Below are positions 9,479 to 17,836 of a stretch of 64,000 nt of DNA, one piece after another. The stretch comes from Sedimentisphaerales bacterium (GTDB lineage Bacteria > Planctomycetota > Phycisphaerae > Sedimentisphaerales > Anaerobacaceae). The DNA lies in assembly GCA_963708075.1 (NCBI GenBank), contig OY970194.1:2944001-3008000 (forward strand). Direction: 5' to 3'. Position 1 is the first letter of the stretch. Each line of letters begins with the position of its first letter. The position numbers were made by a program, and so were the translations under genes. Below the pieces are notes generated by a model, which made no database searches, had not been told where the DNA came from, and saw only the letters and a list, made by a program, of their open reading frames with translations.

Positions 9479-12160
9479 TCACTGCTTGGGCTCGATGCTC
9501 AGTTGTACGGGCACCGGCCCGTCATTTCCCTCAGTGCCGTAGGTCCCCGGCTCACCGGCCCACGAGGAGTCGCCCGCGGGCCACTCTGGACCGCCCGGCA
9601 TTCCTCTACCTGCGCGGCCGGCGCGGGCAGTCAGAGCGAGCTCAGACGAAAGAGAAGTCCCATAGTAGAGCCATATATGGCCCCCTGAGCCGCCAGCACC
9701 ACCGCCACCGCCACCGCCACCGCCCGAAATACCCCCGACGTTTCCATAAGCGTTCCCCCCAATCTCGCCGTCTGACCCGTCGGTTCCGTTCACGTCTATG
9801 ACACCGCTACCGGTGATCGCCCCCGACACCATCAGGCAGAGAGCACCACCATGCAGGCCCTTCGCGCCGCCGTTTCCTCCGCGGCCTCCCCACGCGTGCT
9901 CAACGTGCAGATCGTAAGCTTCCCCGCGGCCACCTCCGCCACCGCCCCCGTAGGCGGCATTCGGATCCTTTCCCCGGCGGTTTGTAGTGCAGTAATCACT
10001 GGCACTACAGTCTCCGGGCGTTCCGGCCCTGCGACAACTGCCGCCAACACCACCATGTCCAACAAAGATAGTTGCGCCAGCGCCCCCCCCGCCTCCGCCG
10101 CTACCGTAGCCGCAGCTCACATCTTCTCCTCCGCGGCCCCCATAGAGGCCCCCGCTTCCGCCGAATCCGCCTGTGGCCTGCACGATCTTATAGCTCAGAA
10201 GCTGGTTTCCGCCCTGGAAGGGCACCCATACACTCCACGTACCACCGTCGTGCGAAAGGCCGTTGTAGTCAACCATACCGTCAATAGTGCAGTCTGTCCT
10301 GCAACCAAGCAGAGTGATGGCGCCCGCCTGTCCCTTTAGCTCCCCGAGCTCCTGCTCGTAGGTTCGTGCGATTTCATTGTATCGGCTCTTCGTATCTGCC
10401 GTGAAATGGGCGAATTCATCATGCCAACTGGCATTTCTTTCCCACTGTCGGCTTGGCTGAATGGTAAAGTCATTCCTGCGTTTGTCCCCATATCCAACGA
10501 TACTAAAGTGGGTGTCTTGGGCGATGCGGATTCGATTGAAATCCATGATTGTGCCCGCCAAGAGAGTCCACGGCCCGGTCCCTTCCTCAAGGATGAGATC
10601 TCCGTCAACGCCACGCGGCCAGTTGTTGTCACCGACGATGTTCTTCAGGATTGGGCTTCTCTCCTTGGGATCCATCATGAGAGGGTCTTCCTCCAATCCC
10701 TTGGCGTAACGCAGTTCGGCATACCCTTTGGCCCGCAGTTCCTGCTTCCTATCCGCTGGGCGGATATAGTACGAGATCCCCATGTAGAGTGCCGCCTTAT
10801 ACGCATCCTCCAGACTCTTGATCTCGGAGGGACTCTTAATGGAAGGATCTGAGCCAGGTACGTACATCCGCGCATAAAGAAACTGGCGTCTCTCATAGTA
10901 TTTCGCAAGTAATTCGTAGAAGTCGGCAAGAGCGCCAAGCTCGGCATCAGAGGTGCCGGACATTACGAGGTTGTCAGGCAGAGGAGCCATCTCAAGGCGT
11001 CCGACCTCATATCGTGCGATTTTCTGGCCGACGAAGTCGAGGTCTTTCGGGGCTGGCCAAGAATAGTCGAACGCGATTCGTGGTACCGGGATCCCAGGAT
11101 CTGATGGATACCTCTTAAGGAAGGTCATGATTTGGGGGAGGATCCCAGGCACCAATGTCACGCCGTCCTGGTCTACCTTGCCATCAACGGCATCTCTCGC
11201 GGCATCCAGTTTCGCAACGTCAATATTTGTAAACTCATCGGGGTGCTCCGCGATGTTTCTGAGCCGTTGGCTGATAAGCCAGTACTTGTGCCACTGTATG
11301 AGCTGATCCTGCTGCACCTGCATCTGGTCCAGCAGTATCTGATTCTCGATCTGTGTACGTCCGACAAGCAATCCTTCATACCCCGACAGTTCGGCCTCCT
11401 GAGGATGTGCATTGTCTTTGACAGTCTTCGCGAATCGGTCGCAGGCGGTGATCAAGTTCGCGACATTCGGCTCACCAAGCGTAAGCAGCCCGCCCTCGGT
11501 CCTATAGTCCAGCTGCACCTTATGGGATTGTCTGAACCGTTCGAGGTGGGTCGTGAGGTCGGCACTTGCAGAATATGTAGCATATCTTCCACTTAGGCTG
11601 ACACTCAGCTGTTCTCGCATCGTCTCACTCATGTCATCAATCGTGAGAATCGCGTACAACTCACCGCCTTCTCTGATCGCCGATATATAATGGGTGCCGG
11701 CGCGTTGCAGGAATTGATCCAATGGTAATCCGAGAATGACGTCGCACGGGTCGGGCGATCCCTTGAACCGCTGTATCGCGGTAGTCACCTTCACAGAGAC
11801 ATACAATGTCACGGAATTGGCGGATCTGCTATAATTCTTGGACCAATTCAGTTTTGTGCTGGCCGACCAAGCCACTTCGTTTGCAGAGACATCGACAGAC
11901 AGGCCCATCGCCTTCGCGAGTTCCTCCCGCGTCTCAATCAGGTAAAGGCTGTACACTTCCTCTATGAATGGCACCCTCTCCACAGGGCCACCAACAGCCT
12001 TCTCCCTCGCCTGCCCATTAATAAGGTCCACACCCATCCCCAGTTGGATCTTGCCATACTGAGGGTCGTCAGGTCCGGCCAAGTCGATGCCTATATACGC
12101 GTCCGCGCAGGGGCTCAGGGCCAGCACCAATGATAGTAGGATGATCTTACGGTGTCTCAT
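9479..12160 (-). CDS. Secreted protein with an N-terminal MACPF/CDC-like domain and a C-terminal Gly-rich domain
   Basis: Signal peptide MRHRKIILLSLVLALSPCADA; FLQRAGTHYISAIREGG matches the MACPF signature G-T/S-H-Y/F-X6-GG (11663-11698); long Gly-rich C-terminus; visibly lower GC than the flanks. Confidence 0.7.
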   Translation of the reverse strand: MRHRKIILLSLVLALSPCADAYIGIDLAGPDDPQYGKIQLGMGVDLINGQAREKAVGGPVERVPFIEEVYSLYLIETREELAKAMGLSVDVSANEVAWSASTKLNWSKNYSRSANSVTLYVSVKVTTAIQRFKGSPDPCDVILGLPLDQFLQRAGTHYISAIREGGELYAILTIDDMSETMREQLSVSLSGRYATYSASADLTTHLERFRQSHKVQLDYRTEGGLLTLGEPNVANLITACDRFAKTVKDNAHPQEAELSGYEGLLVGRTQIENQILLDQMQVQQDQLIQWHKYWLISQRLRNIAEHPDEFTNIDVAKLDAARDAVDGKVDQDGVTLVPGILPQIMTFLKRYPSDPGIPVPRIAFDYSWPAPKDLDFVGQKIARYEVGRLEMAPLPDNLVMSGTSDAELGALADFYELLAKYYERRQFLYARMYVPGSDPSIKSPSEIKSLEDAYKAALYMGISYYIRPADRKQELRAKGYAELRYAKGLEEDPLMMDPKERSPILKNIVGDNNWPRGVDGDLILEEGTGPWTLLAGTIMDFNRIRIAQDTHFSIVGYGDKRRNDFTIQPSRQWERNASWHDEFAHFTADTKSRYNEIARTYEQELGELKGQAGAITLLGCRTDCTIDGMVDYNGLSHDGGTWSVWVPFQGGNQLLSYKIVQATGGFGGSGGLYGGRGGEDVSCGYGSGGGGGGAGATIFVGHGGVGGSCRRAGTPGDCSASDYCTTNRRGKDPNAAYGGGGGGGRGEAYDLHVEHAWGGRGGNGGAKGLHGGALCLMVSGAITGSGVIDVNGTDGSDGEIGGNAYGNVGGISGGGGGGGGGAGGSGGHIWLYYGTSLSSELALTARAGRAGRGMPGGPEWPAGDSSWAGEPGTYGTEGNDGPVPVQLSIEPKQ

Positions 12161-12243
12161 AGTTCTTCCTCCAACCTCCAATGAAATGTGAACCATCCAC
12201 TCCGCATGAGATACACACGGTACTTCTCTCACGCACCATTTGC

Positions 12244-12272
12244 ACACTATTACAATAGTAATTACACATCAA
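12244..12272 (-). promoter_or_regulatory. Sigma70-type promoter of the MACPF gene with a BlaI/CopY-type operator in the spacer
   Basis: TTGATG-17 bp-TAGTGT; palindrome ATTACTATTGTAAT at 12249-12262 resembles the TACAnnTGTA BlaI/MecI/CopY box. Confidence 0.7.
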
Positions 12273-12399
12273 GAGGAAAATAGTGAGAATTTTACCCTCA
12301 CTTCAGATCTTGTGCGTGCAGGCCGGCGAAGTGGAGAGGCTATCTTGCTTGCTGTGGCTTTGAATTGACCATGACCGTGTTAGAAAGGGATCTGTTGCG

Positions 12400-14022
12400 T
12401 CAATCAGGTCCTGGCGCGTGCTCCCGCTGCCATTGGGGGTTGGATTTCGGATTGTCAGACGTCTTGATCCTCCAGACGGTATGCACGTCCCAGTAGCTTC
12501 GAATGTCCCTGCCCATGCTCTCCGCACGGACCCGTCCCTGTTCATCCAGCCGGAGGTATCCATCTTTGAGGTTGTGCGATATCAGCCACACACCTTGCGG
12601 ATGAGGGTAGGTACCCCAGCGTGCCGCTTCATTGGGCTCGAGTGCGTCGACCGCGAGGTTTCCCTGCTTGTCCGACGTCAGATACTTGCGCGCGGCAACG
12701 GAATAGAAGTACATGATATCCTTCGGCGTGTTAGAGACCTCATCGAAGCGAAATTCCCACAAGCCTGCCTCGCCCGGCTCGTTAGCGTCGCAGGTGACCC
12801 TGTCTCCGTCCACCACCAGATACTTACCCGTGTCCAAGTTGCGGATGCAGGCCCTCTGAATGTTCGCATGCCTGTCCTGATGCGTCGTAGGGAAGTTCTG
12901 TCGGGCGTAATCGTCCCAAGTCCCACCGGCTGCGAGCCCATTGCTCAGCCCCGCGATGGCCAGGAGTCCCACGATCATGATGGCCAAGGGGGACCGGCGG
13001 CGCGTCTCCTGGCGGAACTGAGAGATCATGGCGATTCTCTGTTTGATCCGGGCCCTGTCGCCCGAAAGGGCGGCCAGCATCCGATGAGGCCGGGATGTGA
13101 GCAACTGCTCGATCTGATGCACAACGGTCCGCCCATAGGCGGACGTCTCTTCGGGAGGAAGCACAGACAGAGCCAACTCGTCACAGACCATCTCCCGGTC
13201 GGCTCGCATCCGTTTGAAGCCCAGGGCGATCAGCGGATTGAACCAGTGCAGAACCTGCAACAGCGTAACGAGGTAGCTGATCAGGATGTCGTGACGTTTA
13301 AGGTGGGCGAGCTCATGCAGGAAGACGTAACGGAGTTCCTGGAGGCTCAGATCGGCCAGTGTCTGCCTGGGCAGCAACAGCCGGGGTCGGATGAATCCAA
13401 ACAGGGCGGGGCTCTCGATCCGGTCGATCGCAACCACCTCGACAGCACGTCTTATGCCCATTTGCTTCTGACAGTCTTTCAGCAGACGGCGAATCCGTCG
13501 ATTGATTACAGGAGGCTTGCGTCGAACGATACGCCAAAGATGGACGTAGCCTGCAATGATGTGGCCGGCCAACACGCACGCACCGGCCAGCCAGAGCCAC
13601 AGGATGATGGTTCGAGCGTTCTCCCAGAGCCGTGCCCTCGCTGACAGACTTGCCGGGGCGCCGGCCTTTTGTGTGCCGTTGGCAGTCGGGTCGGCCTTGC
13701 CACGCCTTTCCGTGGCGAAGGCTCCGTTGGTCGCCGCAAGAGCCGACCCGACATTGCCGGACTGAGGAGTGGCGGCCCACCTGTATCCTTCCCACTGTGG
13801 CAGTGGCAGGAGGTTGTGCACGCTCACAGGGCTCGGAGGCGCCCAGAACATCGCCATGCGAACTAACACCACAAGCCACAGCCAGTAGCGCCCGCGAACG
13901 CCGAGCTGGCGGCCCAGGAATCTTTGAATCAGCAGGATCAGGCAGATTAACACGCTTGCCTGCCAGCTTGTCTGCAGGAGCCATTGAAAGAACGGCTGCG
14001 GATATGTGGTCACAGGGCCCAC
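12400..14022 (-). CDS. BlaR1/MecR1-type M56 metallopeptidase sensor with a beta-trefoil-like C-terminal domain
   Basis: RYWLWLVVLVR, SPALFGFIRPRLLLP, HELAHLKRHD, LHWFNPL, DREMVCD; three C-terminal repeats GKYL..W / RKYL..W / DGYL..W. Confidence 0.9.
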   Translation of the reverse strand: MGPVTTYPQPFFQWLLQTSWQASVLICLILLIQRFLGRQLGVRGRYWLWLVVLVRMAMFWAPPSPVSVHNLLPLPQWEGYRWAATPQSGNVGSALAATNGAFATERRGKADPTANGTQKAGAPASLSARARLWENARTIILWLWLAGACVLAGHIIAGYVHLWRIVRRKPPVINRRIRRLLKDCQKQMGIRRAVEVVAIDRIESPALFGFIRPRLLLPRQTLADLSLQELRYVFLHELAHLKRHDILISYLVTLLQVLHWFNPLIALGFKRMRADREMVCDELALSVLPPEETSAYGRTVVHQIEQLLTSRPHRMLAALSGDRARIKQRIAMISQFRQETRRRSPLAIMIVGLLAIAGLSNGLAAGGTWDDYARQNFPTTHQDRHANIQRACIRNLDTGKYLVVDGDRVTCDANEPGEAGLWEFRFDEVSNTPKDIMYFYSVAARKYLTSDKQGNLAVDALEPNEAARWGTYPHPQGVWLISHNLKDGYLRLDEQGRVRAESMGRDIRSYWDVHTVWRIKTSDNPKSNPQWQREHAPGPD

Positions 14023-14024
14023 GA

Positions 14025-14402
14025 CTAACCCTTGCCTTTTTGGTTGAGCATCCGCTTCAGTTCTTCAATGTCCTCCGGCGAGAGCTTGGCATCGTCGATG
14101 AAGGCGGCCAGCATCGGCGCGATGGTGCCTCCGTACACGCGATGGACGAATGAACGCCTTTCCTGCCGAATGCATTGTTCCCGACTGACGGCAGGGAAAT
14201 AGCGGTACCTGCGGCCTTCTTGCTCGTGTTTCAAGGCCTTCTTTCGGAGCAGTCGGTTGAGGAGGGTCCGGATCGTGCGCGCACTCCAAGTGACTTTCCC
14301 CCGGAGCGCGTCTACCACTTCATCGGCCGTCAAGCCCGGCCTCGACCACAGCACCTGCATCACCAACCACTCCGCGTCCGAGATCCTGGGTAGTGTTCGC
14401 AT
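14025..14402 (-). CDS. BlaI/MecI/CopY-family transcriptional repressor
   Basis: ISDAEWLVMQVLW, TIRTLLNRLLRKKAL, YRYFPAVSR, LSPEDIEELKRML; directly upstream of the M56 gene. Confidence 0.95.
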   Translation of the reverse strand: MRTLPRISDAEWLVMQVLWSRPGLTADEVVDALRGKVTWSARTIRTLLNRLLRKKALKHEQEGRRYRYFPAVSREQCIRQERRSFVHRVYGGTIAPMLAAFIDDAKLSPEDIEELKRMLNQKGKG

Positions 14403-14416
14403 ACTGCTCTCTCGTG

Positions 14417-14466
14417 ATTACATCCGTAATACCCACCAAACTATCATATCTGTAATCGCAGGTAAA
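14417..14466 (-). promoter_or_regulatory. blaI promoter with two BlaI-type operators
   Basis: TTTACC-17 bp-TAGTTT; boxes ATTACAGATATGAT (14443-14456, in the spacer) and ATTACGGATGTAAT (14417-14430). Confidence 0.75.
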
Positions 14467-14721
14467 GGGAAAATAAAGAAAATTTGACTTCGGCCATCAG
14501 AATTTTGGAGTTGAGACACCATTGCGGCGGCAAGTCCCTGTGTCGCAGGACTTTGTCACATGCACGGGGCACCGATAGACGGCTGTGTCCTCACAGAATG
14601 AAGTCACCTGCATAGAGCCGGGCGGGAGGCATTTTGCTTGCGTTGAGGGGCAGTTCCATCAACAATGCCGGTTCTGATGGACGTTGTCCGGCAAATTGAT
14701 GGTCAATGGAGGCACGACACT

Positions 14722-16011
14722 ATGATTCGACGACGGAACCTTTTCCTGTGGACCCTGGTGGTGTTGATCGTCCTTGCCCCGGCGGCGTACGGGCAGGGGT
14801 TGCCAAAGGCGTCGCCGAAGTCGGTTGGGCTGTCCCAGGAGCGGCTGGATCGGATTACCGCCGTGATGCAAAAGCACGTGGACGACGGCCGGCTCGCCGG
14901 CGCGGTGGCGATGGTCGCACGCGACGGCAAGGTGGCCTACCTGCACAGCGTGGGCATGCGGGACAGGGAGCAACAGGTCGAAATGAGCCCGGACACTATC
15001 TTCCGGATCGCCTCGATGAGCAAGCCCATCACCAGTGTCGCCGTGATGATGCTGTACGAGGAAGGACGCTTCCAGCTCAAGGACCCGATCTCGAAATTCA
15101 TCCCGGAATTCAGGGCGCCGAAGGTGATCGTCACGGCGCAGGGTTCGCAGGAGCAGATCGTGCCGGCCAAACGCGAGATCACGATCCGCCACTTGCTGAC
15201 GCATACCTCCGGATTGACGTACCAGTGGGACCCCCGCGTCGGCCAGAAATACAAGGACGCAGGCATCACGCACGGCCTGCTGCAGGATGAGGACCTGCTG
15301 GCCGACGATATGAAGAAGCTCGCCCAGATGCCGCTCGTGCATCAGCCAGGTGAGGCGTGGACTTACGGGCTCTCGGTGGACGTGCTCGGGCGGCTGGTGG
15401 AGGTCGCATCCGGTATGTCGTTCGACGAGTTCCTCCGCAAGCGAATCTTCGAGCCGCTGCGGATGAAGGATACCTGCTTCTTCCTTCCGCCGGACAAGGC
15501 AGGCAGACTGGCCGCTGTCTACAGCCCCGATCCGAATGGAACCCTGAAGCGACTGGGCAACGGCGTCATCGGCACCGGATCGTTTGTCTGCACGGTGACG
15601 TATCCCTGCGAGGGCCCGCAGCGATACTTCTCCGGCGGCGGCGGGCTGTGCTCGACGATCTCCGATTATGCCCGTTTCGCGCAGATGTTGCTCAACGGCG
15701 GCGAGCTGGACGGCGTCCGGCTGCTCAGCCCCACGACGGTGAGAATGATGGCTACGGATCAGGTCGGCGACTTGAGTCGTGACACCGGCTTCGGCCTGGG
15801 CTTCGGCGTCACCCGCAACCTGCGCGAGGCCGGCGAGCTGACCAGCGTCGGAGCGTACCGCTGGGGCGGGTTCTGGTACACGACGTTCTTCATCGACCCG
15901 GCCGAGAACATGCTCGGCATCTGCATGGCCCAGTTGCACGGATCCAGCAAGGCCACTCTCAACGACCAGTTCGAGGCACTCGCCCACCAGGCCATCGTCA
16001 AGTCACACTGA
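14722..16011 (+). CDS. Secreted serine hydrolase of the beta-lactamase (class C/EstB-like) family
   Basis: Signal peptide; FRIASMSKPI (SxxK), LLTHTSG, PGEAWTYGLS, SGGGGLCST, WGG. Confidence 0.92.
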   Translation: MIRRRNLFLWTLVVLIVLAPAAYGQGLPKASPKSVGLSQERLDRITAVMQKHVDDGRLAGAVAMVARDGKVAYLHSVGMRDREQQVEMSPDTIFRIASMSKPITSVAVMMLYEEGRFQLKDPISKFIPEFRAPKVIVTAQGSQEQIVPAKREITIRHLLTHTSGLTYQWDPRVGQKYKDAGITHGLLQDEDLLADDMKKLAQMPLVHQPGEAWTYGLSVDVLGRLVEVASGMSFDEFLRKRIFEPLRMKDTCFFLPPDKAGRLAAVYSPDPNGTLKRLGNGVIGTGSFVCTVTYPCEGPQRYFSGGGGLCSTISDYARFAQMLLNGGELDGVRLLSPTTVRMMATDQVGDLSRDTGFGLGFGVTRNLREAGELTSVGAYRWGGFWYTTFFIDPAENMLGICMAQLHGSSKATLNDQFEALAHQAIVKSH

Positions 16012-16151
16012 CCGCACGTCATTTCCTTGCGAAGACGTTGATCCGGCGGAACGTCTCGAAACACGTCCCGTTGCCGCGGAGCTCCAGCTCGTCAATCAGC
16101 CTGGCGCCCCATGCCTTCTGGTGAGCGGATGCTTCCTCGTACTCCGTGCCT

Positions 16152-16532
16152 TCAAATTCGTGGGTCATCGTGTGACTTCCCGGCACTACCCCGTCGATCG
16201 GCGGGCGGATGCTCCTGCTGCGGCCTGTGCCATAGTCGCGGGATCAGGCCGATCAGCAGGATTGGGACGTTCCAAAGGATCATGAAGAGGCGGAATACAC
16301 GGCCGGGGATCGATATGTCTCGGGACCACACCTGCCGCCACATCCGACCCCAGATACCCGCCTGCCACGGGATATTCACGAAGGGGAGGTACGGCGTGAG
16401 TTGGCCGGTGGCCTCGCCACAGTACGGGCAATAGTAGGCACGCGGATCCACCGGGCGCAGGCATCTCAGGCACAAGGGTGTCTCTTGCGTCTCCTCCAGC
16501 CGCTGTTCTCGCTCCGGGCTCCCGGCATTCAT
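16152..16532 (-). CDS. Small zinc-ribbon membrane protein, hypothetical
   Basis: CLRC...CPYCG followed by a hydrophobic segment. Confidence 0.6.
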   Translation of the reverse strand: MNAGSPEREQRLEETQETPLCLRCLRPVDPRAYYCPYCGEATGQLTPYLPFVNIPWQAGIWGRMWRQVWSRDISIPGRVFRLFMILWNVPILLIGLIPRLWHRPQQEHPPADRRGSAGKSHDDPRI

Positions 16533-16674
16533 GGTCACGCTCCATGAGCAAACATGAAAAAACGCCGCTACGCTTAACATTCTACCATCTCAAGCGCCCT
16601 ATGGGTAGCACGATGGTGTCATAGTCCCTGTGCAAACGTCGGTCCAATGATGCTGAACCCGTTTTGGAGGCCGC

Positions 16675-17742
16675 ATGGGTCAACAGGCCCGCGATTCCGG
16701 CAAGATCATATTCCTCTGTCCAAGCTGCGGCGCCAGGCTGACTGTACGCGAGACGCTCGCGGGCAAACAGGGCCGATGTCTGAAGTGCAAACGAGTGGTG
16801 ACCGTTCCGTCAGTACAGACCCAGGCTACGGCCCCGGAGGCTGCCGCCAACTCCAATGTGACAACGGGCAAATCATCGCTCTACGACCTTCGACTGCTGG
16901 ATGTCCGCCCGAATACAAGCCCACCGACAGCAGCCGGAGAATCGGACGACGTGGGGCAAGCGTACCGGGAACTTCAAATGCTGCAGGGCGTCCCCCTGCC
17001 AGGGAAGCAAGACGAGGCGCCCGGCCGCAAGCTGCCGTGGATCATGGATATCTTCCTGTATCCCCTGAGCAGAGCCGGTTTGAGCGTCCTGTTGATCAGC
17101 GTCGGGGTCCCATTCCTCCTGCGGGTCATCGTGCGGTTCTTCTTCCTTCTCATGGCGTCGTTTGCACCGCTGTTCATCTTCTGGGTTCTGTTTATCGTGC
17201 TCCACTGGGCCTCACTAGCCATGTTCGTTCTGTATGTGAACTGGTACCTCTGCGAATGTATCCGGGACAGCGCCACCGGGGGCATACGAGCGGTCGATAC
17301 GACGGCCACCACGCCTGGACTGGGCGAAATCCTCGGACAAGCGTTTAAGGTGGTTCTTAGCGCCGCCGTCTGCATGGCCCCGGCGTTGATCTACCTGAAC
17401 CACAGCCGTAGCGCCGATAGCGTGTTCCAGGCACTGTATGGCGCTGGCGGCTTTCTCATTCCCATGGCCGTGCTCGCCGTGGTGATGTTCGACGCGCTGC
17501 ATGGGTTGAACCCGTTCCTGCTGTTGGGCTCGATCCTCAGGATGCCCGTTCAGTACTGTGCCCTGGTGGCGTTCTGTTATGTCTCCTGCCTGCTTGTTCC
17601 GCTAGCCGGGTACTACTATCTGAAGCAATGGATACTTGGTTCCGCCCTGCTGTTCCTCACGTTTTACCAGTTGCTGATCCTTGCCCACCTGCTGGGCCGA
17701 TTTTACTGGCGCAATGAGGCCAGGCTGAACTGGGACGCATAG
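16675..17742 (+). CDS. Zinc-finger-containing polytopic membrane protein (DUF4013-like)
   Basis: N-terminal CPSCG...CLKC, IFLYP, then about 6 transmembrane segments. Confidence 0.7.
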   Translation: MGQQARDSGKIIFLCPSCGARLTVRETLAGKQGRCLKCKRVVTVPSVQTQATAPEAAANSNVTTGKSSLYDLRLLDVRPNTSPPTAAGESDDVGQAYRELQMLQGVPLPGKQDEAPGRKLPWIMDIFLYPLSRAGLSVLLISVGVPFLLRVIVRFFFLLMASFAPLFIFWVLFIVLHWASLAMFVLYVNWYLCECIRDSATGGIRAVDTTATTPGLGEILGQAFKVVLSAAVCMAPALIYLNHSRSADSVFQALYGAGGFLIPMAVLAVVMFDALHGLNPFLLLGSILRMPVQYCALVAFCYVSCLLVPLAGYYYLKQWILGSALLFLTFYQLLILAHLLGRFYWRNEARLNWDA

Positions 17743-17767
17743 TGAGCACTTCGCCGCTGAAATGAAT

Positions 17768-17809
17768 AAAGGGCCCGGTGGCGTCCAGGGGACGTTACCA
17801 GGCCCTTTT
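17768..17809. terminator. Bidirectional terminator between convergent genes
   Basis: AAAGGGCC...GGCCCTTTT long hairpin with A and T flanks. Confidence 0.7.
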
Positions 17810-17836
17810 CCGATTTACCCTATAACAGGCCAAATG

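Noticed and set aside
14531..14555. Palindrome AAGTCC-N10-GGACTT and a loosely similar CAACTCC..GACTTA at ~63411-63435
   Set aside because: Only two weakly similar copies with different spacing; no function can be supported
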